Assembly (NCBI GenBank): GCA_038230375.1
Contig: JBBRNJ010000043.1
Location: 1-64,000 of the forward strand
Length of the DNA: 64,000 nucleotides
DNA from: Polyangiales bacterium
Lineage (GTDB): Bacteria; Myxococcota_A; Polyangia; Polyangiales; Polyangiaceae
Reading direction: 5' to 3'
Shown: positions 9,818 to 17,904 of the stretch, piece after piece
Numbering within the stretch: position 1 is the stretch's first letter
Layout: the number at the start of each line of letters is the position of its first letter
Made by a program: the position numbers and the translations under genes
The notes under the pieces: model-generated
The model's input: only the letters and a program-made list of their open reading frames with translations
Database searches by the model: none
Told to the model about the DNA's origin: nothing

Positions 9818-10387
9818 ATGCCGAGCTATCGCGAAGCGCAGCCGCCCGGATTCGAGATCACCGCCGAGCTGAAGACGTGGGAGACGCCTCACAAGTGCCC
9901 ACGTTGCTTCATGGAGCTCTACGCCGGCGAGAAGGACGGATTTCGCCTGGAGGCCTGCGGTCGCTGCGGCGGTGTGTGGGTGACGTTCGAGGAGGCGAAG
10001 CGCGCCCTCGTGGACGGCTCGCACGCGCTCGAGGATCTGGCCCTCAAGGTGCTCGGCGTCACCCAGCGCGTCGTGCTGGAGGAGGTCTCCGCGCTGGCGT
10101 GTCCCGAGTGCGGCGCCGCGATGGAAAAGTCCGGTCTGCCCGGCAGTTCGGCGAACATCGATACATGCAATATGCATGGAACTTGGTTCGACCCACACGA
10201 GCTCTTCGCGGCGATGGACGGCCTGCGCAACACGGACGCCGTGCGCAGGGCGTCCGGTGGGAAGGGCGACCGGTATCCAGACACGGGATCGTCCGGGAAT
10301 GGATACCAGCAGGCCTTCGCACGGCTGACGAGCCTGGTCCATGGTGCGTTGGATTCGATCGTCCAGCGCTCCAGGCCCAAGCCTTGA
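9818..10387 (+). CDS. Protein with two zf-TFIIB-like zinc ribbons
   Basis: CPRC...CGRCGGVW and CPEC...IDTCNMHGTWFDPHEL. Start re-picked at ATG 9818. Confidence 0.8.
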   Translation: MPSYREAQPPGFEITAELKTWETPHKCPRCFMELYAGEKDGFRLEACGRCGGVWVTFEEAKRALVDGSHALEDLALKVLGVTQRVVLEEVSALACPECGAAMEKSGLPGSSANIDTCNMHGTWFDPHELFAAMDGLRNTDAVRRASGGKGDRYPDTGSSGNGYQQAFARLTSLVHGALDSIVQRSRPKP

Positions 10388-11536
10388 TCAGCCCTTCAGC
10401 ACCAGCACGGGTGTGAGCCGCGTCACCTTGGTGACCAGCGCTGACTGTGCATCGAGCACGGCGCGGATGTCCCGGTAGGCCGCGGGCGCCTCCGTGACCA
10501 GCGCGCGCGCGTGCTTCTCGGGGTAGACCACGTCCCGCATGGCGCGCTCGAGCGCTTCTGGCTTCACCGCCGTCCGCGCCTCCGTTCGCGACATCACGCG
10601 GCCCGCGCCGTGCGAGCACGAGCCCAGGGCATCCGCGCATCCCTTGCCACGGACCAGATAGCTCGCCGTGCCCATGGAGCCCGGTACGAGCGCAAGCGCG
10701 CCCTCCGCAGCTGCGATCGCGCCCTTGCGATGAACGTAGAGCAGCTCGTCCAACCACCGCTCCCGCGCAACGAAGTTGTGGTGAACGTCCGTCAGCGGCT
10801 CGGGCGAGACATGCATGTGCTCCCCGAGCACCGACAGCGCCCGCGTCGTGAGCGCCTCCCTGTTGGCGCGTGCGAAGGCGAGCGCCCACGCATGATCCGT
10901 GAGGTACGCGCGGCCATGTTCGGTCGTGACGTCGAGCCCGAGGAGCGCGCTACCACGCGACCCCCGAGATTCGTGTGTATGATGCACACAAATGGCCGCG
11001 CCGAGCCCCCGTGAGCCCGAGTGGACAAGGAGGTACAGCGCGCCGTCCGCGTCGCGATCGAGCTCGAGGAAGTGGTTGCCTCCGCCGAGCGTGCCCAGGT
11101 GCTTCGGCCCGATGGCGTGCCTTGTCTTCTCCAGCGCGTTCGTGGAGAGCGAAGCCCCCGCGAGCCCGTCGGGGAGCGAGGCCGCCGTGGCGCCGCGATG
11201 AACCGCGTCGCCCACGGGGACGGCACGCGTGAGGTCCGCGAGGATCCTCTCGAGCGTGCGCCTGTCGGGTGTGTCGTTCGCCACGCGCACCGCGGACATG
11301 CCGCAGCCGAGATCACCGCCGAGCGCACCAGGCACGACGGTATTGCGCGTGGCGAACACGCTACCCACGGCGACGCCGGACGACACATGCGCGTCCGCCA
11401 TCGCCGCGACGAAGCCAACCACGTACGGCTGGCTTGCGAGCAGGAGCAGCTGCTCCTCCGTCTCTACGGACAGTCGCTCGGCCCACGTGCGGACCGGGAC
11501 GCGCTGCCCCTGCTCTTCCTTGAAGAAGGTGCGCAT
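10388..11536 (-). CDS. rtcB: RtcB-family RNA ligase
   Basis: DAH, GDLGCG, LGTLGGGNHFLE, HSGSRG, HHN, HRKGA, PGSMG, SCSHGAGR, EAPAAY and a terminal KG. ATG overlaps the rbfA stop (TGATG). Confidence 0.95.
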   Translation of the reverse strand: MRTFFKEEQGQRVPVRTWAERLSVETEEQLLLLASQPYVVGFVAAMADAHVSSGVAVGSVFATRNTVVPGALGGDLGCGMSAVRVANDTPDRRTLERILADLTRAVPVGDAVHRGATAASLPDGLAGASLSTNALEKTRHAIGPKHLGTLGGGNHFLELDRDADGALYLLVHSGSRGLGAAICVHHTHESRGSRGSALLGLDVTTEHGRAYLTDHAWALAFARANREALTTRALSVLGEHMHVSPEPLTDVHHNFVARERWLDELLYVHRKGAIAAAEGALALVPGSMGTASYLVRGKGCADALGSCSHGAGRVMSRTEARTAVKPEALERAMRDVVYPEKHARALVTEAPAAYRDIRAVLDAQSALVTKVTRLTPVLVLKG

Positions 11537-11892
11537 CAAGCCGCGCCTCCATCATCGTCGGACAGCATGTCGACTCCATCGAACACGAAGCGCAGATCGG
11601 GTGCGCGCTTGATGTCGATCTCGTCGCCGAGCCGCCGCTTCAGATACCCGGATGCTCGCTCGAGCGCCCGCGTCTTCTCGTCCCGTACCTCTCGCTCGCG
11701 CGCCGCCTCACCGGGTGCGGTGATGTGAACGCGCGCATTCCTGTAGTCCACGGAAAGGACCACCGCGCGGACCCGGACGCCGTAGAGCGCGGGATCCGTG
11801 ACCTCGTCGGCGAGGAGCGCGCGGAGCTCCTCTTCAATCAAACCTTGCAGTCGTTCGTGCCGGTAGCCGGCACTCTCATCGTCTCGCTTCAT
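11536..11892 (-). CDS. rbfA: Ribosome-binding factor A family protein (probable paralog)
   Basis: RHERLQGLIEEEL...VTDP...VVLSVDYRNARV...LERASGYLKRRL...KRAPDLRFVFD matches the RbfA pattern. Start ATG 11892 with GGAG 9 nt upstream. Confidence 0.85.
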   Translation of the reverse strand: MKRDDESAGYRHERLQGLIEEELRALLADEVTDPALYGVRVRAVVLSVDYRNARVHITAPGEAAREREVRDEKTRALERASGYLKRRLGDEIDIKRAPDLRFVFDGVDMLSDDDGGAA

Positions 11893-11935
11893 GGAAAACG
11901 GCTCCGTGTCGAGCACGGGCGAGGCCCGAGCCGAC

Positions 11936-12041
11936 AAAAAAACTCACGCATCGCGAGGCGGCCGTCCAGAAGACGGACCTCACGACTCCGCGACTGCGGT
12001 GCGCGAGATCGGAGCTCGTCCACGTCGTGAGCGACGGGACG
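11936..12041 (-). terminator. Putative transcription attenuator (alternative hairpins plus U7 tract) in the rbfA-rtcB leader
   Basis: In the mRNA: hairpin CGUCC-CGUCG-cuca-CGACG-u-GGACG (12041-12017); its CUCACGAC (12031-12024) can instead pair with GUCGUGAG (11986-11979); hairpin UCGUGAGG...CCUCGCGA (11985-11951); closing stem CUCGCGCA/UGCGUGAG directly before UUUUUUU (11942-11936). Confidence 0.6.
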
Positions 12042-12055
12042 GACTGCAGATCAGG

Positions 12056-12106
12056 TCATGCAGAAGCGGAGATGCCTGGGAGACCGAGAAAAACAGTGGG
12101 ATTCAC
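12056..12106 (-). CDS. Putative leader peptide MNPTVFLGLPGISASA (16 aa)
   Basis: AAGGAGGTG Shine-Dalgarno (12119-12111) 4 nt before GTG 12106; TGA at 12058-12056; lies directly upstream of the attenuator hairpins. Confidence 0.6.
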   Translation of the reverse strand: MNPTVFLGLPGISASA

Positions 12107-12165
12107 GAGACACCTCCTTCCTTCGAAGCGACGGCAAACATGCAATGTGCACGAGCAACGTTGAG

Positions 12166-12194
12166 AGCTTGGACGGAGCCCGAACGAAAATCAA
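12166..12194 (-). promoter_or_regulatory. Putative sigma70-type promoter for the leader-rbfA-rtcB transcript
   Basis: TTGATT (12194-12189), 17-nt spacer, CAAGCT (12171-12166), in an AT-richer intergenic stretch. Confidence 0.4.
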
Positions 12195-12240
12195 GCAACG
12201 CCCTCCAAAAAACTCCAGGTGGCGAGCACTCGCGCGCGCG

Positions 12241-12924
12241 CTACTCGCGTGGGCGGAGTGGGTGGCGGGGGCTTTCGGCGCCTCGAGGATCATGGCGCTC
12301 GGCGCCTTCCGGGATGCCTCCCGTCACTGCCTCCGTTGCGATGTCGCCCCGCGTCCAGAGCGTGCGCTCCACCATCGCGCGGAACACAAAGAGGAGCGCG
12401 TCCTCCACGGCCTGGCCTTCCAGTATGCCGAAGGCCCGTGCGATCGCCTCGATCGTCGCTAGGCCATCTTCACGTGACTCCACGCGCAGGCGCCGCGGTT
12501 CGCGCTCACCCTTGGGCAGCGACACGCACGGCACATCGGCGAGCCCGGGCAGGCGCTTGCGTACCTTGGAGGCCTGCCGCCAGTTGCCGTCCGGCACGAA
12601 CAGCGTGATCGGTCGCTCGCTCTTCGCGTAGTCCGTGAGCGGCACTGCGTCGTCGAACGGGAAGAGCAAGAGCGGCTGCGAGCCTGCGGGCCACGTCGCG
12701 GTCGGCTCCGGCTCGTGCTCATGGCCGCGGATCAGGGTCTCGCTGTTCGGGAGGCACATGGTGCCCAGGCGGCCCGTGTTCGTGGTCTTGCGTACCTCGA
12801 GGCGATGGATGACGAGCACGAGGCGCGTCTTCGTCTCGATCCTCGGGAGCATCGTGCACACGCACACGGTCTGGTGCATGCGGCACTTCTCGCAGCGGTG
12901 TGCTCCATTGGCGCGGCGGCTCAT
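12241..12924 (-). CDS. DTW-domain tRNA-uridine aminocarboxypropyltransferase (TapT-like)
   Basis: N-terminal CxxC...CxC, H..E..K.TNTG, LLFP, VPDGNWRQA, GLATIEA. Start ATG 12924 overlaps the upstream stop. Confidence 0.9.
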   Translation of the reverse strand: MSRRANGAHRCEKCRMHQTVCVCTMLPRIETKTRLVLVIHRLEVRKTTNTGRLGTMCLPNSETLIRGHEHEPEPTATWPAGSQPLLLFPFDDAVPLTDYAKSERPITLFVPDGNWRQASKVRKRLPGLADVPCVSLPKGEREPRRLRVESREDGLATIEAIARAFGILEGQAVEDALLFVFRAMVERTLWTRGDIATEAVTGGIPEGAERHDPRGAESPRHPLRPRE

Positions 12925-13610
12925 GACGGAAGCTCCTCCGACACGGGGAGCGCGAGCGCCGTCAGCGGTCCCGCGAGATCCTGCGGCATGCTCGCGCGGA
13001 CCTCCACGCGCACGCCCGTCGCGGGGTGCACGAATGCCAGGAACGACGCGTGCAGCGCCAGGCGGTGAAGGTTGTATTCTGCACGGAAATGGCGGTTCAC
13101 CTTGCCGTCGCCGTGCTTCACGTCGCCGACGAGCGGATGGTTCACGTGACGGAGGTGCCGCCGCACCTGGTGCAGGCGCCCGGTCTCCGGCATGGCCAGC
13201 ACCAGCGAGCATCGATCCACGGTGGAGTGAGCAAGCGTGCGGTACCGCGTGAGCGCGTGCACGCGCGGCCCGTCTTCCTTCTTCTGGATCGCGTAGTCGA
13301 TCGTGCCCTCGGGCGGCGACATTCCACGCACGAGCGCGAGGTAGCGCTTCTCCATGCGCCCCTCCTCGAAGTCCTTCGCGAGCGCCGCGGCGGACACCGG
13401 ATCGCGTGCAAATAGCAGCGCGCCGCTGGTGCCGCGATCCAGCCGGTGGAGCGGATGGACGTGCTGACCGATCGCGTCGCGCACGCGGAACATCGCCACG
13501 TCGTCGTCCTGGTCCCAGCCGCGATGAACCAGGAGACCGGACGGCTTGTTGGCGACGACGACATGAGCGTCCACGTACAAGAGCTCGATCGCGCGGTCTT
13601 CGTGGAGCAC
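12921..13610 (-). CDS. RluA-family pseudouridine synthase (TruC-like)
   Basis: NKPSGLLVH, HRLDRGTSG, KRYLALVRG, PETGRLHQVRRH, HPLVGD, LALHA. Start re-picked at GTG 13610. Confidence 0.9.
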   Translation of the reverse strand: MLHEDRAIELLYVDAHVVVANKPSGLLVHRGWDQDDDVAMFRVRDAIGQHVHPLHRLDRGTSGALLFARDPVSAAALAKDFEEGRMEKRYLALVRGMSPPEGTIDYAIQKKEDGPRVHALTRYRTLAHSTVDRCSLVLAMPETGRLHQVRRHLRHVNHPLVGDVKHGDGKVNRHFRAEYNLHRLALHASFLAFVHPATGVRVEVRASMPQDLAGPLTALALPVSEELPS

Positions 13611-13664
13611 GCGCCTGGGTTTAGCCGATTTTGGAAAGGGGCGGGGCGTGGTAAGCCATCGGCC

Positions 13665-14810
13665 ATGCTGACGCGTCGCCTGTTCACGAGCGCTCTCGCT
13701 GCCCTCTTCGTCACCGCGCTCGCCAGCGCCGGCTGCGAGAAGAAGTCGGACGACATCCCGATCGGCGCATACCTCTCGCTCTCTGGGTCCGACTCCACGT
13801 TCGGCACCGACACGCGCGACGGCATCGAGCTCGCGCTGCAGGAGCAGAACGCCGCGGGCGGCGTGAAGGGCAAGAAGGTCCGCATCGTCTACGAGGACGA
13901 CAAGTCCACGCCGCAAGAGGCCTCCAACAAGGTGCGCCAGCTCATCGACCGCGACGGCGTGCTCGCGCTCCTGGGTGAGGTCGCGTCCAGCCGCTCCATG
14001 GCGGGAGGGCTCATCGCCAACAGCAAGAAGGTGCCGATGGTCACGCCGTCGTCCACCGCCGTGGAGGTCACGCAGGGCCGTGAGTACGTGTTCCGCGTGT
14101 GCTTCACGGACGACCAGCAGGGCGACGTCGCCGCGCGCTTCGCGTTCGACACGCTGAAGAAGAAGAAGATGGCGGTCTTCTACGCCGCGCAGGACAACTA
14201 CTCCTCGGGCCTGGCGAAGGCCTTCAGCGAGAGCTTCAAGAAGCAGGGCGGCGAGATCATCGCGGAGATCGGCTACCAGAAGGGCGAGACCAACTTCACG
14301 ACCTTCCTGAACAAGCTGAAGGAAGCGAAGCCAGAGCTCATCTTCGTGCCGAACTACTACAACGACATGGTCCAGATCGCGCGTCAGGCCAAGCAGGTCG
14401 ACCTCCCCGGCTCCATGTTCATGGGCGGCGACGGCTGGGACTCCGCGGACCTCATCGAGGGCGCGGGCGCAGAGCTCGACGGCGCCTACTTCACGAACCA
14501 CTACGCGCCGGACGTCCCCTGGCCGAACTCCGCCGCGTTCGTGAAGACCTTCACGGAGAAGTACAAGCGCGCCCCGTCCAGCCTCTCCGCGCAGGGCTAC
14601 GACGCAGCGAGGGTGCTCTTCGACGCTATCGGGCGCGCGACGGAGCTCACGCCCGAGGCGATCAAGGTCGCGCTCGGAAGCACCAAGGATTTTCAGGGCG
14701 CTACGGGCGCGCTCACGATCGACAAGAACCACAACGCCAGCAAGCCGATCGTCGTGGTGCAGGTGAAGGACAAGAAGTTCGCGTACAAGGCGCAGCTGAT
14801 GGCCCAGTGA
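13665..14810 (+). CDS. livK: Branched-chain amino acid ABC transporter substrate-binding lipoprotein (LivK/LivJ-like)
   Basis: Lipobox SAGC; NAAGGVKGKK, EDDKS, YVFRVCFTDDQQG, GGDGWDS, GYDA, FQGATG. Confidence 0.9.
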   Translation: MLTRRLFTSALAALFVTALASAGCEKKSDDIPIGAYLSLSGSDSTFGTDTRDGIELALQEQNAAGGVKGKKVRIVYEDDKSTPQEASNKVRQLIDRDGVLALLGEVASSRSMAGGLIANSKKVPMVTPSSTAVEVTQGREYVFRVCFTDDQQGDVAARFAFDTLKKKKMAVFYAAQDNYSSGLAKAFSESFKKQGGEIIAEIGYQKGETNFTTFLNKLKEAKPELIFVPNYYNDMVQIARQAKQVDLPGSMFMGGDGWDSADLIEGAGAELDGAYFTNHYAPDVPWPNSAAFVKTFTEKYKRAPSSLSAQGYDAARVLFDAIGRATELTPEAIKVALGSTKDFQGATGALTIDKNHNASKPIVVVQVKDKKFAYKAQLMAQ

Positions 14811-14841
14811 CGGCCGTCCTCCCACGCGAAGAAGAAATACG

Positions 14842-15747
14842 ATGCGCGTCCTCGAGGCACTGATCACGGGCATCACGCAGGGCGCGATGATCGCGCTCGT
14901 CGCGCTCGGGTACACCATGGTGTACGGCGTGCTCAAGCTGATCAACTTTGCCCACAGCGAGGTGTTCATGATGAGCGCCTACCTGGGCGTGTTCCTGCTC
15001 GCGGCGCTCGGCGCGGACACGCACCCCATGCTGGCCATGGCGCTCACGGTGATCCTCTCCATGGGCGGCGCCGCGATGATCGGCGTCACGGTGGAGCGCG
15101 TGGCGTATCGTCCGCTGCGCGGCCGTGCGAAGGGGGCGCTCGTGCGCAGTACGCCGCTGGTCACCGCGCTGGGCGTGTCCGTGCTCCTGCAGAACCTCGC
15201 CCAGCTGCTGTTCAGCGCCAGATACCGCAGCTATCCGCAGCTCCTCTCCGGCACCGTCCACCTGGGCCCCATCAGCCTCAGCTCGTCGCGCGTGCTCATC
15301 CTGGTGACGTCGGTGGTCGTCATGGTGGTGCTGGAGCTCATCGTGAAGCGCACGTGGTTCGGCAAGGCCATGCGCGCGCTCTCCTCCAACGAGGAAGCGG
15401 CGCGTCTCATGGGTGTGCGCACCTCGCGGGTCATCACCATGACCTTTGCGCTGGGTTCATCGCTCGCGGCGCTCGGCGCCATCCTCTACTGCTTCGATCA
15501 GTCGCAGGTCTATCCCACCATGGGCGTGATCATCGGCACGCGCGCGTTCGTGGCGGCGGTGCTCGGCGGCATAGGCAGCATCACCGGCGCGATGCTGGGC
15601 GGTCTACTCATCGGGGTCCTTGGCGAGCTCGTGAAGCTCACGGACTACTCGGGCGGCGTGGACGTGCTCGTGTTCGTCGTGCTCATCGGCGTGCTGCTCG
15701 TCCGTCCCGCGGGCCTCCTTGGCTCCACGCGGGCAGAGAAGGTCTAG
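14842..15747 (+). CDS. livH: Branched-chain amino acid ABC transporter permease LivH
   Basis: ALGYTMVYGVLKLINFAH, ERVAYRPLR, FGKAMRA, AFVAAVLGGIGS, RPAGLLG. Confidence 0.92.
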   Translation: MRVLEALITGITQGAMIALVALGYTMVYGVLKLINFAHSEVFMMSAYLGVFLLAALGADTHPMLAMALTVILSMGGAAMIGVTVERVAYRPLRGRAKGALVRSTPLVTALGVSVLLQNLAQLLFSARYRSYPQLLSGTVHLGPISLSSSRVLILVTSVVVMVVLELIVKRTWFGKAMRALSSNEEAARLMGVRTSRVITMTFALGSSLAALGAILYCFDQSQVYPTMGVIIGTRAFVAAVLGGIGSITGAMLGGLLIGVLGELVKLTDYSGGVDVLVFVVLIGVLLVRPAGLLGSTRAEKV

Positions 15748-15750
15748 CGC

Positions 15751-15837
15751 GCTTCACGTTTGCGCGAGCGCTTTGGCTCGCTTCACGTTTGCGCGAGCGC
15801 TTTGGCTCGCTTCACGTTTGCGCGAGCGCTTTGGCTC
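15751..15837. repeat. Three perfect tandem copies of a 29-bp unit GCTTCACGTTTGCGCGAGCGCTTTGGCTC
   Basis: Copies at 15751, 15780 and 15809 with no spacers. The unit contains the last codons and stop of the convergent minus-strand gene. Confidence 0.95.
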
Positions 15838-16708
15838 GCGACTCCACCTTGATCTGGAGGGGCTCGTTCTTGGAGTCGGAGATGAGGAGGCCGGCGTCGA
15901 GCTGCACCTCGCGGTAGGGAAGCGCCTCGTTCGCGTCGCCTCGGGACGCACCGCCGAAGCGCAGGACCTCGCCGTCGAGCTCGAACGCGTTCACGTTCGC
16001 GATGCGATCCAGGATGACCCCGCGCAGGGTCACCATGTCGCCCTCGCGCAGGACCGCGATCTCACCGAACAGGCCTTTTTCCCGCGCCAACGTGGCATGC
16101 GCGGCGCTGTCGCCGGCGTTCGTGGGCGCGTCGAGTGTGGGCGCGGTGGTCGGAAGCACCACGATGGGAAGGCCACCGTCGCGCTCGATGCCGAAGATGT
16201 CTGCGTACGTCGTTCGCTCGTTCGGCTGCCAGGCATCCGACATGACGATGTCCTTGCCTCGCAGCCTCACGACGCGACCACGCACGGTCACCTCGCGCCC
16301 TGGGTCACGCGTGTCCGTATCGGTGGGCGCCTCGGCCAAAAGCGACACGTCCGGGCGCGACAGTCCGCGCCGCGTGTTCTGACCGAACGCAATGAACGAC
16401 ACCAGCACGTAGAGGATCAGCACCACGAAGAACGTGATGACGAGGCCCACGAAGGTGGCCGCGATGACGGCGGCGACGTGCCCCCCGGCGACCGCGTAGG
16501 CGAGCGCAAGGGCAGGGGAGATGTAGAGCGCACGCGCGAGCCACTTCAGCGGCCACCCCACCGCGTCACGTGCGGCCGTGAGCATGCCACCGCTGTGGAC
16601 GTAGTCGCGCACGAGCTCCCGTGACGCGCCGCCGTCACGCGTCTCCCTGATCGTCCCCTTGGCGGAGCCGCTGGGGGCGAGCGTCTGAACGAATAGCGAC
16701 TCTGCCAT
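15812..16708 (-). CDS. Hypothetical membrane protein
   Basis: Two adjacent hydrophobic helices followed by a beta-rich soluble region. Start re-picked at ATG 16708. Confidence 0.65.
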   Translation of the reverse strand: MAESLFVQTLAPSGSAKGTIRETRDGGASRELVRDYVHSGGMLTAARDAVGWPLKWLARALYISPALALAYAVAGGHVAAVIAATFVGLVITFFVVLILYVLVSFIAFGQNTRRGLSRPDVSLLAEAPTDTDTRDPGREVTVRGRVVRLRGKDIVMSDAWQPNERTTYADIFGIERDGGLPIVVLPTTAPTLDAPTNAGDSAAHATLAREKGLFGEIAVLREGDMVTLRGVILDRIANVNAFELDGEVLRFGGASRGDANEALPYREVQLDAGLLISDSKNEPLQIKVESRAKALAQT

Positions 16709-16756
16709 GACGAACGGGGAGCCAGCCCCCGCCACGTCGTTGTATCCTCAAAGGCG

Positions 16757-17200
16757 GTGAAGCGCTTCTGGATCCTGCAGGCGATCGTGATCGTCACGTC
16801 CATCGTGATCGTGGCGGTGCATGGCTCTGCGGACGCGGGTGAGCGCGTGCTCGGGCTTCGCGCCGTGTGCTCCGACGCGAGCGAGGTGGATCCATGCTGG
16901 CTCGCCGTCGGTGGTTGGGGCGGCATCACGCTGGGCGCGGGCGCCGGCCTGGTCTGCTACGGCTGGCTCTCGGCCGGTCTCCTGTTCGGTGTCGGGCAAG
17001 CGGCGTCGGGCCTCATCGCGTTCGGGCAGGTCGCAGTGGGCCCGGTGTTCTTCTGCGGCCAGCTGGGCGTGGGGCTCACGGGCGTGGGGCAGCTCGCGAT
17101 CGGCGGTCGCGTGATGGGTCAGGGCAGCCTCGGCTTCGATGGCAGCGCGTTCCTGAGTGATCTGAACGAGCGCCTGAACGAGCGCCTGCGCTTTCGCTGA
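16757..17200 (+). CDS. Hypothetical glycine-rich membrane protein
   Basis: Periodic G-x-x-A/G-x-G repeats (GQAASGLIAFGQVAVG...). Confidence 0.7.
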   Translation: MKRFWILQAIVIVTSIVIVAVHGSADAGERVLGLRAVCSDASEVDPCWLAVGGWGGITLGAGAGLVCYGWLSAGLLFGVGQAASGLIAFGQVAVGPVFFCGQLGVGLTGVGQLAIGGRVMGQGSLGFDGSAFLSDLNERLNERLRFR

Positions 17201-17228
17201 CGGCCCGCGGGTGGTTAAATGCGGAGCC

Positions 17229-17879
17229 ATGGCGCCGCACAAGCTCACGTCCCGGGTGATCGCGACCGAGGAAGCGCTCCGCGAGATCATCGGCCACCCC
17301 ACGGATCTCGTCTGCGCAAAGCTCGCCACCAGGCTGAATCCGCTGACGCAACAGTTCATCGAGCGCTCGCCGTTCCTGTGCATTGCGACGCGCGGCGCCA
17401 ACGGCACCTGCGACGTCTCGCCGCGCGGAGACCCACCAGGCTTCGTGCGCATCCTGGACGAGCAGACGCTGCTGATCCCCGAGCGCCCCGGAAACAAGAT
17501 CGCAGACTCGCTCCGCAACATCCTGGCGACCGGCCGCATCGGCATCCTCTTCGTGATCCCCGGCGTGGGAGACTCGTTCCGCGTGAATGGCAGGGCCACC
17601 CTCACCGACGACGCCGCGCTCCTCGCGCCATGCGTGGTCGAAGGAAAGCCACCCAAGCTGGGCATCCTCGTCGACATCGAGGAGGCCTATACGCAGTGCT
17701 CGAAGGCTTTCCTGCGCTCGCATCTCTGGGACCCCACAACGTTCATCGATAGAGCCACGCTCCCAACAAACGGCTCGATCCTCGAAGCCCTTGCCGAGGC
17801 ACAAGGAAGCGACTTCGACGCAAAAAAATACGACGACGAAAGAGCCGCCCGCTACGCCCGCCGAGAAAACTTCTACTGA
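17229..17879 (+). CDS. Pyridoxamine 5'-phosphate oxidase-like FMN-binding protein (MSMEG_1061-like)
   Basis: FIERSPF, DVSPRGDPPGFV, PERPGNKIADSLRNIL, RVNGRA, QCSKAFLRS.LW. Confidence 0.9.
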   Translation: MAPHKLTSRVIATEEALREIIGHPTDLVCAKLATRLNPLTQQFIERSPFLCIATRGANGTCDVSPRGDPPGFVRILDEQTLLIPERPGNKIADSLRNILATGRIGILFVIPGVGDSFRVNGRATLTDDAALLAPCVVEGKPPKLGILVDIEEAYTQCSKAFLRSHLWDPTTFIDRATLPTNGSILEALAEAQGSDFDAKKYDDERAARYARRENFY

Positions 17880-17904
17880 TCCTCTCCAGGCCCCGATCCC
17901 CTCC

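Noticed and set aside
11936..12230. tRNA or Y-RNA next to rtcB
   Set aside because: No cloverleaf or T-loop (GTTCRA) signature found; the uORF-attenuator reading explains the structure better.
12921..14969. 682-aa ORF as one protein; likewise the extended ORFs 3986-6163, 9386-10387, 19303-20943, 20948-23899 and 47465-49600
   Set aside because: The N-terminal extensions are antisense or out-of-frame shadows of neighbouring real genes, common in high-GC DNA. Starts were re-picked.
15751..15837. Possible CRISPR array (29-bp repeats)
   Set aside because: Copies are directly adjacent with no spacers, there are no cas genes, and the unit is the end of a coding gene.
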